From Octopus vulgaris (taxonomy: Eukaryota): a stretch of 64,000 nt of DNA. The stretch spans positions 6,696,001 to 6,760,000 of the forward strand of contig OX597826.1 in the NCBI GenBank assembly GCA_951406725.2, in the 5' to 3' direction. Both the position numbers and the translations under genes were made by a program. Below are positions 54,056-64,000 of the stretch, one piece after another. The notes under the pieces were generated by a model. It made no database searches. It was not told where the DNA came from and was given only the letters and a program-made list of their open reading frames with translations. The first letter of the stretch is position 1. Every line of letters starts with the position of its first letter.

Positions 54056-55307
54056 TTTTTTTGTTTCAGCACAGGATTTCAGATCAAGTCACTTGCTATG
54101 CAAGTACATCTCCGTAATACTAAGTGTGGGGTCAGTTTACTCAATAGTTTTTCACCATCTTAGTTTCCCTCAAAATGCCTCTGTCCGACTTAAATTGTTG
54201 GAAAACATTTTCCTGAGATGACGTATATTGGATCCAATCTATTAGAGCGAAGAGGGCTTATTCACACATCCATCTCTTCACAATACAGTACGATAATCTC
54301 TTTTGGCTGCACTCTTACGCATGAGTGTTTTACATAAAATAGAGTAATGATATTTTATTTATAAATTTGTGCATTGGCAAATATTTAATTGTCGAGTAAC
54401 ATCTGAACGAAGGCTATATTATACAAATATATATTGCAACGAAGTTATACAAACAAATATAAATGGTTTTGTAAGCTATATTTAAGAGAAATTTGTCTGA
54501 TTCAGCGCACGATATAAACTCAACAGTAATAAATAACGAGAGTATTAAAACTGATATCACTACAGAACTTCAAAGACATGCGAAGAAATTTATATGACAT
54601 AGATGTCCTAGAATTAAAGTTCATGAAACTGTATGTACCAGACATTAGAGTGCAAGGACAAATATTTTGGTAATCATAGATTTTTATCATATATTCAGTG
54701 TTTTTGTCCAGGATGTATTTATTGAAAAAAATCATAGCACCTACGCACAAACTTATATTGAACTTCAGTTTGTATATATTCGGGTTCGGTGGTCGTTTAT
54801 CAAAGAATTACTCGTGTATTTGTCACACAACATTTCTGAATAAGCATCTACAAGAACAAAAAAAGAATAAAGTAAATAATAAAGTAGGGAATACTGAATT
54901 TGGTTAGTTTTTTCTACGCTTCTTTCATTGCAATTTACTGTCACATATATTGTCAATAGTTCTGTGATTTTATTGTGTGATGATAAAATATAAATGCATA
55001 TTTTATAGGTTGCTGTACAAAATATAATGTCTAGCTACCATATTTAAAGTAGAGAACATCTCTAGTTGTTTCACTTCTTTATCCAACATTGCCTCCAAAT
55101 ACTCTTTCTGCAGTGTAGATACATGTCATATATATATATGTATATATGTATGAGTGTGAGTGTGTATGTGCTTCTGCTTGTATGTGTGTGTGCAGGGGAG
55201 ATAGAGACATATAGATACGCATTCATATGCTTGTATAAAATACATGCACACATATACGTATACATACAAATACATGTATATATATATATATACATATATA
55301 TATATAC

Positions 55308-55352
<45 letters not shown>

Positions 55353-55743
55353 GGCGCAAGAGTGGCGTGTGGTAAATAGCTTGCTTACAAACAACATGGT
55401 TCCGGGTTCAGTCCCACTGCATCGCACCTTCTACTATACCCTCGGGCCGACCAAAGCCTTGTGAGTGGATTTGGTAGACGGAAACTGAAAGCCTGTCATA
55501 TATATGTATATGTATATATATGTGTGTGTGTGTTTGTGTGTCTGTGTTTGCCCCCCCCCCCCACCAACATCGCTTGACAACCGATGCTGGTGTGGTAACA
55601 TCCCCGTTATCTAGCGGTTCGGCAAAGGAGACCGATTGAAGAAGTACTACGCTTACGAAGAATAGGTCCTAGGGTCTATTTCCTCGACTAAAGGCGGTGC
55701 TTCAGCATGGCCGCAGTTAAATGACTGAAACAAGTAAAAGAGT
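55353..55743 (+). mobile_element. SINE family A, near full length
   Basis: Homologous to 2665-3070. Confidence 0.9.
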
Positions 55744-55783
55744 GCATACAAAAGAGTACATATATATATATATATACATACAC

Positions 55784-55896
<113 letters not shown>

Positions 55897-55897
55897 C

Positions 55898-55974
55898 TTT
55901 ATTTAAAGCAGCAGAAAATTCAACAAAAACTGTTACTATGCGTTTCCCGTTGAATTTTCTGCTGCTTTAAATAA
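55898..55974. repeat. 27-bp perfect inverted repeat beside (TA)n
   Basis: tttatttaaagcagcagaaaattcaac / gttgaattttctgctgctttaaataaa. Confidence 0.9.
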
Positions 55975-56162
55975 AGCATATTACTCTACCACTGGTATTT
56001 GAGTACTCTTTTTTCCACCTTGTTTCACATTTATGTGTTTACTCCGGTATATATATATACATATACATATACATATATATATATTAATATACGTGTGCTC
56101 CTTTTATTTTGTTTGTATGTGTACAACCGCGTATTTGTCATATTTCACTTTAATAAACATAC

Positions 56163-56364
56163 TTCCGATTGCAGACGGCGGGAAATTCGCTGTGATGTTA
56201 TTGCATTAGATTGAATGCCTTGCGGAATCCCTTCCGGGTTCCTTCGTTTTGCGATCATGTAAAACGCAGCACAACTTTGTTTTACAATGATTCTGCTGTG
56301 CTGTTTCTCTTCCTTCCTGTCTGCTGACTGTTTCACATTCTGAAGGTGGTCGCGTTCTGCATAT
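56163..56364 (-). CDS. Candidate exon (202 nt), unknown product
   Basis: Minus strand ctctcctatcttcag|A...TCGGAA|gtatgt, one open frame (YAERDHLQNVKQ...RISRRLQSE), GC-richer than flanks; no recognisable domain. Confidence 0.25.
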
Positions 56365-56540
56365 CTGAAGATAGGAGAGCCTATACCAGGTCTGACAATT
56401 AAGAGCCACATGTTTAGTCACATAGGCAACCGTTACGCCTGCTTCAAGCGATGCAGACAGAGAAATTTGCGCGCACGCTGGTGTGTGTGTGAGAGAGTGG
56501 GTGCGTGTGTGTCCGTGCGTGTATATTCTTTTTTTTTTAT

Positions 56541-56752
56541 ATTCTGTTACTGGTTTCAGTAATTTTGATTTTGGCCATGCCGGAGCGCCACAGTGTAGTC
56601 GAATAAATCGACCTTTGGACTTATTATTTGTAAACTTGATACTTATATTATCGGTCTCTTTTTGCCGAACCTCTAAATTACTGGGATGTAAAAACACTAA
56701 CATTGGTTGTCAATCAATGGTAGGGAAACAAACACAAACGGAAACACACAAA

Positions 56753-56815
<63 letters not shown>

Positions 56816-56957
56816 GACAGACTTCTTTCAGTTTCCGTCTACCAGATCCACTCACAAAGTTTGGTCTGCCCAAAGCTCCAGTAGCACACAATAGCCCAAG
56901 TTCCCATGCAGTGGGAATGAACCTAGAATCATGTTGCTTAGTACACAGCCACGCCTG
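56541..56957 (-). mobile_element. SINE family A, diverged copy
   Basis: tcggtctcttttgccgaac, ttcagtttccgtctacca, cacagccacgcctg. Confidence 0.82.
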
Positions 56958-57184
56958 TATATATATATATATATGTGTATATATAGACTAACTTTAGATT
57001 GAGTAGGGTATTTAATATCACTTGCTGAAATCAGAAGTAATGCTCCAAAACAACCAGAAACTAACCCTAATATACAAACGAGCAATGCAATGTCCATTTG
57101 AGAAATAGGCTTAACTTTGCGTTGAATAAACCAGTAAGTAATGTATATTTCAATACCAGCTGATTCCAGCCTCTGTATGACTAA

Positions 57185-57765
57185 CATACACCAGGATCAT
57201 CAGTTGAAAATAAGATTTTAATATCTATTTCTAAAATGTCCACTACATCAGCTCGTGTCCGTTCCTTACTTTCAACGTCCGCACCATTTAAAAGAAAACT
57301 ATCGTGAGCAAAATAAATTTAAATAACGATCTATTATTCCCGTTATTAATGAAATTAATAACGTAGGTGGCTAGCAAGTTTACACCTTCAAAGGCACAAT
57401 ATAAGCTAAATTTAGTTTTAGTAGGCTATTTAATATCACTTCCTAAAATCAGAGCCATGTTCCAAAACCATAAGAAACTCACTATAAATATATACGCGAG
57501 CAATGCAATGGACATTTTGAGAAATAGGTTTACCTGTATAAGTGTATTTTTTGCCTGTAAAAGTGCGAACGTGCTGGCCACGTTATTATTACCTTATTAA
57601 TATCATTAATAACGGTAATTATACATCTGTATTTACATTTGTTCACAATAGTTATCTTTCAAATGGTGCGGGACGTTGAAAGTAAGGGACGCACAGGAGC
57701 AAATGTACCGAATATTTTAGAAATAGATGTTAATATGTTATTTTCAACTGAGGATCCCAGAGTAT
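57185..57765. mobile_element. Fold-back/MITE with ~210-bp imperfect inverted arms
   Basis: ggatcatcagttgaaaataa...atctatttctaaaat...ccttactttcaacgtccgcaccattt mirrors aaatggtgcgggacgttgaaagtaagg...attttagaaatagat...ttattttcaactgaggatcc. Confidence 0.85.
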
Positions 57766-57823
57766 GATGGTAATTTTGTTGCAGCCTGTTGATTACATAA
57801 ACCAATTCGTGTTTTCCTCTTCG

Positions 57824-58475
57824 CTTCAAATTTTCGCACTAGACCAGCAATATCAGGGGACGGACTATGTGGAGTTAATCTATCCCACTGCTCAACTGGC
57901 ACTTATTTCCTAGAACCCTAACGGATGAAAGTTAAAGTCGATAACAGTGATGTTTGAAGCCACAACCTAAAGACGGACGAAATGCCGCTAAGCATTTTGT
58001 TCGGCATGCTAATTATTCTCTCAGTTTGCTGCCTTATGTTAGTTTTTTTTTTATATATTACAACTGCGCAAAAGCGGTGAGCTGGAAAAATTGTTAACAT
58101 TCCGGGGAAAATGCTTAGGGTCACTTCATCTGTGTTTACGTTCTGATTTCAAATTTCCTCAAGGACGCCCTTGCCTTCCATCCGTTCGGGGTTGATAGAA
58201 GTTCCAGTTGAACACTGGGATGGTTGTGACCCACTTATACCTCCCCGAAAAAAATGTGCCTAAGACGGCGAACTGGCAGAATCGTTAGTAACGTAGGGCA
58301 GAATCCTCAGCGACATTTCATGCCTTTATGTTTTGAGCTCAAATTGCGCCGAGGTCGATTTTGCCTTTCATCTTTTCAGGATCGATAAATTAAGTACCGG
58401 CTGTGCACTGGTGTCGTTGTAATAGACTTACATGTCACCAGAAATTGCTGGCCTGGTACCAAAATTTGAAACCAA
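57824..58475. mobile_element. Cluster of three diverged SINE family B copies (57824-58033 -, 58074-58250 +, 58264-58475 +)
   Basis: Each has the head (gcgg.ga.ctggcaga), a B-box-like motif and the gcct..catc..ttc.gg core. Confidence 0.8.
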
Positions 58476-60779
58476 TATTATAAATGTGCCCCTCGTTTTT
58501 TCATATATACTATTATACCTGTTGACAGAATTGAGAAAAAATTGTCATCAGTGAATTAACAAAATTTATTTTGTGTCGTAGGAGAAAAATATCGATAAAA
58601 GTAAATACTGATCTCCTTCAGTAATATCAAAGACATTACATTATTATCATTCCTATATGAAATCTCTTAATATGCATTGCTATATGTCCTTACATATAAG
58701 GAGCTACAGAACTATATTCTTCTATAAACGTGTTCGTATTTTCCAATACTACGTTAAAGTTCCTTTATGCATTCATTTTTTTATTTCATTTCTAATACAA
58801 TATATCCTAACAGGCATATTATAGTGATACGTCAGTCTAGCTAAATTCCACATTATTTAATATTTTATTATTGAAATAGATATCAAAGTAGGAACCATAT
58901 TTGTATGATATAAATATTATATTACTGTAACCTTCGTAACAATGACTGTGGAGTTTTGGTTTAATTCAACATCCGCAACATATTGTTGTTTTTTTTCTGT
59001 CATTCATTTGGTTGTTTTGTGTTTATGTTATTTTTCTCGTAAAACAAATACATATATCATATTTTCTGAGTATGTAAATTTTCGCCTCAAAACATACAAA
59101 CAAGAATATGAATTTAAAAATTCAATATGCTATAGATTATGTTCAGAGAGACGATGTACTCCGGGGAGATGCAATTCAATGCCCTTAATCGAGAAAATAT
59201 TTCATAACAAATCATCTTTTGGGTGTGTTTTCCATTTTCAAGAAATTATTGATTAGAAATTAAATTCTTGTTGAACTGAATATGGATAGAAAATTATGGT
59301 CTTCATGCCTTTCCCATGGGCATTAAGGCAATAAACGATGCAATTTCAACTGAGACTCGGATAATCGTAAACGTTATGATGAATCTATTTTTCGAGATGC
59401 ATCTCTTCGATGTTCAAATTGTATCTAAACATAACAAAATTAGATTTGCTATTCAAACAGAAAAGTCATTCTCAGCGGGGAAGAAATATTGTAACTGCTT
59501 TGCATCTGAAAATCTATTTACTTTTTTTGTCTTCCACATGAGGTTTGTTAACTTTCCAAAGCAACTTTGTATATGATTCCACTTTCTTTTATCAGCCTCC
59601 CGAAAGACTCCTAATTATATTATAAATCTAATTTATAAGTCCTCTATTTTGTTATTTCAATTTCACTTTCAAAAATTTGGCCTCTACCAATACAAACATA
59701 CATATGCATTCTCATATAATATCGAAGATGTGAAAGTACATATATTGTATTATAGTTAAGTTATGGTTGGGGAATAATTTTCCCATCTATTCAGTTATTA
59801 TTCATCTACTTGAATATCGTAAAACATACGTCCGCTGTCATAAAGAAACGATCAACCGTTAAATACATTAATATTTCCTTTTATAATAGGTGATACGTTT
59901 CAAAATCTTACCTTAAATTATAATTTCCTACTATGTTTTTTCTAGTTATTAAATTATACTTAGTATCAGCATCATTACATATTCGCAAACTACTTCCGTT
60001 TCACCTTGTATAAGAATGGAAAATACAAGGAAATCTGATAAAAAATTCTCCCTATAGCTGCATATTACATGTACATAGAAGTTCATCTTAGGCTATATAT
60101 ATATTGTAAATGAAAATTCGACCGTGTTTGCAACAAAACTTTTATGAGACAGGGGGTGAAATTATGGGATTCTTCGTATATTATAAATAGTAAACTTAGT
60201 TACAAATAATTCAATAACACTTACTCTTGATACATATTTTATTGAAAAGCAAATCCGAGGTGAAGTGGATATAGGAAACTAAATACCGAGAAACATTTAA
60301 TTTGTCGCTCAATTGGTTAAGTCACTCGAACATTCCCCCAGGTTCTCTCAATTCCCTTCCTTTACATCAGCAAATATTAAGTAACTATGCTTATTTAAGT
60401 GAAGTTGCTGAGTCGTAGCGGTTCTTCTACGTTTGATGTGAACATGTCGACATAAAAATAATAATATACTCACCACATCGATAATGATGATGATGATGAT
60501 GATGATGATGATGTTGAAGATACGCTGATGAAATTTTAATATTTAAAACGGAACCCTTAACAAATGGTGGAAATTTTGTTTTATCCAAGGAGAGCCCTGG
60601 AGAAATTAGCTTTCGAGGATGATGTTCCATGGGAAAACTAAGATTATGGTCTAATCCTCTTCCCTTTCCCTAAATACATGTACCTAAAGAAGTAAATTTA
60701 TTCCCAAATGTAGCAAGAATTGCGAACATGCCTTCCAGTATCATATTTATGATGTATATGCAATGATTTCATAACAAGG

Positions 60780-61420
60780 TGGAGATTCGTCATCGCCATC
60801 AAGCAAAGCTCGCTCTCAGCAGTTTGAATACCATAAACTGTCATCTCTGTCTTTCTTGGACTATCTCTATATATTTACTTTCATTTTATTATGCGTCCCA
60901 TTTTTCTTGTATTAATCTTTCCTCATTTTTCATTGATTTTGCCATCTATTAAAAAGTCTTTATCAGCCATTTTTATTCGTTAGGGTCCAAAATATTTCAC
61001 TTTCCTAGTACGTTGTGATAGTTAATATAATTATTGTAGTTTTTGGCACGTTTGTGTTCGGTCCACGATATATTCAAGAGACTTCAATATGTCCAAGTTA
61101 CAAAAGTTACTGATCATTTTTAATGTTTGTTACAGTTTATGCTTTACTTTCATGTAATATAAAGTTTGAAATTCGAACAATCCAGATACTTAATTTTGAT
61201 TCCTGTTTTAAAAATCTCGTGTTATGCTTGGATGAAGGCGTGGTTTATTATATTGAGTACCTGTCCAATCATTTTCCCCCCGGTTTTTAATACTTTTGTT
61301 GGTTGATATTTATTACTGATTATCACTTAAACTTCATTACGTATCATTAATTCTTTTTTCACATGGATTTTCCTTTCCTAGTTACTGTAGATGCAAATTT
61401 CTATGGAACACCTCCCTAAG
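60780..61420 (-). pseudogene. RTE-clade LINE 3' remnant
   Basis: Minus strand RKVKYFG...LIDGKINEK*GK..., resembling the RTE ORF2 C-terminus RKL.YFGH...LEG...G.RGR. Confidence 0.55.
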
Positions 61421-61571
61421 TCGTTTGCATATGCTAGGTTGTAGATTTTCATGCATTATACAGTTAACGTGGCTATGATGAGTACATATTACAACATAAT
61501 ATCCCTGGTAGCATCCTTATCATCAAGATACCAGATGCGATTTTCATTGACTCTACCAGCTCGCCGCCCTT

Positions 61572-61884
61572 GGTGAGCTGGCAGAAACGTTAGCACGCCG
61601 GGCGAAATGCTTAGCGGTATTTCGTCTGCCGTTACGTTCTGAGTTCAAATTCCGCCGTGGTCGACTTTGCCTTTCATCCTTTCGGGGTCGATTAAATAAG
61701 TACCAGTTACGCACTGGGGTAGATGTAATCGACTTAATCCGTGTGCCTGTCCTTGTTAGTCCCCTCTTTGTTTAGCCCCTTTGTGGGTAGTAAAGAAATA
61801 GGTATTTCTTCTACCGTTACGTTACGTTGTCTGTCCTTGTTTGTCCCCTCTGCGTGTAGCCCCCGTTGTGGGCAGTAAAGAAAT
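61572..61884 (+). mobile_element. SINE family B well-conserved copy (61572-61800) plus partial tandem re-duplication (61801-61884)
   Basis: Near-consensus sequence; the tail ctgtccttgtt.gtcccctct...gtggg.agtaaagaaata occurs twice. Confidence 0.9.
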
Positions 61885-62154
61885 ACGATTTCAGATGCGC
61901 TTGATTATGACATTTCCATAAACAGCGCCACGAAGTAACCATTGAATATTAGTTTAGATACTTCAACAAACGGACGGAATTTTAAACACTCTCTCGGCTT
62001 AGTGAAAATAATTAAGGAAATCTTACTCATATCACACATATTCAGCTTAGAATATATACAAATATATGCAGAAACATGAGAGAATATGTTGTCAAAGATA
62101 CATTCTTTCAGGAAATGAACTGGATATTCATGGAGTGTTTTCTTTTATTTTTAT

Positions 62155-62319
62155 ATTCTTGTATTTGTTTCAGTCATTTGTCTGCGTCCATGCCGGAGCA
62201 CCGTCTTTAGTCAAACAAATCGATCCTAGGACATACTTTGTGAGCCTAGTACTTATTCTATCGGTCACTTTTGTCGTAAACACACCAGCATCAGTTGACA
62301 AGCGATGCTGCGGGGGACA

Positions 62320-62356
<37 letters not shown>

Positions 62357-62374
62357 TATATATATATACATATA

Positions 62375-62441
<67 letters not shown>

Positions 62442-62603
62442 GACGCGCTTCTTTCAGTTCCCGCCTACCAAATCCACACAGAAGGCATTAGTCGGCCTCG
62501 AGGTTGTAATAGAGAACACTTGCCCAAAGTGCCACGCAGTAGATGCGAACCCGGAAGCTTGTGATTGAAAAGCAACCTTCCTGACACGCCGCCACGTGGC
62601 GCC
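62155..62603 (-). mobile_element. SINE family A copy
   Basis: Reverse complement of 2665-3070 with a small deletion. Confidence 0.87.
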
Positions 62604-62774
62604 AATATGCTTATGAATGTAAATCTACTCGCGCAGTAGTGACTCAGGATTGAACAAGAGACAAAACATTAAAGTACGATGGAAATAAGTAGCCTCCAAT
62701 CTGGTAAAAAAAAACAATCACTAATTGTCTTTCAAATCCCAACCGTTCAGAAAATACAAGAAACACTTTGTACG

Positions 62775-62860
62775 ATATGTAATCTGGCCATCTTGTTTAA
62801 GGCCTACCCCTAGGTCTTCATCCGTAAAGCCTGTCTAGCGATTCTTTCCTGGGGCGGAAT
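62775..62860 (-). mobile_element. RTE-like 3'-end fragment
   Basis: Reverse complement encodes QERIARQALR / RPRGRP*TRWPDYI. Confidence 0.65.
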
Positions 62861-63379
62861 CGTAAAAAAATTAAATATACACAAAAGCAGAGCATTTGAA
62901 CATATAGAATTCCTACTCAAGCAAGGTTGATTTGCTACTAAATATTGACTATGACAAAAGAAACAATGTTTCGGAGCAACAAAAAGAAAGCACAAAACAT
63001 TAATAATCGGATTGAACTTGTGCTATACAGCAGAGTGGATTTGCGTTTGCATAGAAAATAGCTATAGAGTAGAAGGAAATTTTAATTAATTGTACCAAAT
63101 GCATTGAAGGAATGACGGAAAAGTTAACGTTAAAAGAGTCCGCTATTATTAGAACAATTGTTATTGGGATTATCTAACTTCATTGCCACTTTCAGCTTTT
63201 GGTCATCAGTTGAAGGAACACAGGTGAAAAAGCCAAAGTAACTAACTTCAATTAGTTGTTCGTTCTTGCCCTTATCTATTGCCATGAATCTTGGGTAATG
63301 ATAGAACATAAGCGGAAGTAATGAGGTCCCCCGAACTGATGCTTGAGTAACGTTAGGGTCACTGTTTTCTTTTTTTTAA

Positions 63380-63610
63380 CTGGAAGAGCTTAGTTCAAGC
63401 ACTAGTGACATGAGGAACGAATGTCCCAGGAAAGAATAACTAGACAGGTTTTACGGCTGGAGACCCAAGGGTAGACCTTGAAGAAGATGGTTAGATTACT
63501 TACAGCAGCTCAGTTTCTTTTGCTTGGTGATCCACCCGGATCAAAGAGGTGCTTGAGGACTCTGGCCGCACGAGGCACTCAGGAATAAATAATGATTGGA
63601 TGATTAGGTG
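63380..63610 (+). mobile_element. RTE-like 3'-end fragment
   Basis: H..RMSQERITRQVLR / RPKGRP*RRWLDYL, then a tgattgga-like tail. Confidence 0.7.
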
Positions 63611-64000
63611 ATTAGACATAAGCAAACTTCAGTTTAGGGAAAAGAGGATTGTGACATATTTAGACTTCTAAACGCAAATTTACCGGCAAAATTATGCATG
63701 TAGTATAGCCAACATATCTGCCTAGATCAGCCCCCATTCAGAACCCCTGACGAGGCGTTTGAAGTTCTTTAGCAGTATCAAGGGCAAATACCGAAGTGAG
63801 GTAAATTTCACCAGATTTAAAGGCACATCTTTAAATAATGGAGCCAAAAATATTCACTGAGTTGATCCAGTGGATCTTTAGCTAACGGTGCACTAGTATA
63901 TCGATTGTCGGTTGTCATGTTGCGCAATGTGCCGGAGATTGGCACAGCCAGACGCAATGTAATATCACGTGGTTTATTCAGAACCTGGAATGGACCATCA

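Noticed and set aside
59340-60050. Possible small minus-strand exons (ttag|atacaatttgaa; aag|gtaaga)
   Set aside because: Frames are very short or closed, and splice-like motifs are common in AT-rich DNA

Overview
AT-rich, microsatellite-saturated eukaryotic DNA with no confidently intact protein-coding gene. The SINE families and the dense (TA)n/(CA)n/(TAGA)n arrays look like octopus (coleoid cephalopod) intergenic or intronic DNA; this is an inference from remembered repeat families and was not verified. Nearly all ORFs in the track are microsatellite artefacts. Recognisable content: (1) a decayed Tc1 (DD34E) transposon with long TIRs and a nested telomere-repeat-bearing MITE; (2) an internally deleted DD37D (maT-type) element; (3) a Helitron RepHel N-terminal remnant; (4) two Penelope-like element (PLE) remnants plus a solo PLE 3' region; (5) RTE-LINE 3' remnants; (6) about 20 copies or fragments of two tRNA-derived SINE families (CORE-like and Meta-like); (7) several MITEs and fold-back repeats; (8) two unconfirmed candidate exons. 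The most unusual signals are a PLE remnant at 13.0-13.7 kb whose 3' region carries a tRNA-like Pol III promoter followed by a hammerhead-ribozyme-like core, with an inverted terminal copy, and a ~190-bp family with a hammerhead-like core found repeatedly in or beside (TA)n tracts. The window also has many local inverted duplications that could be dsRNA/ADAR substrates. All calls come from manual reading; no database searches were run.
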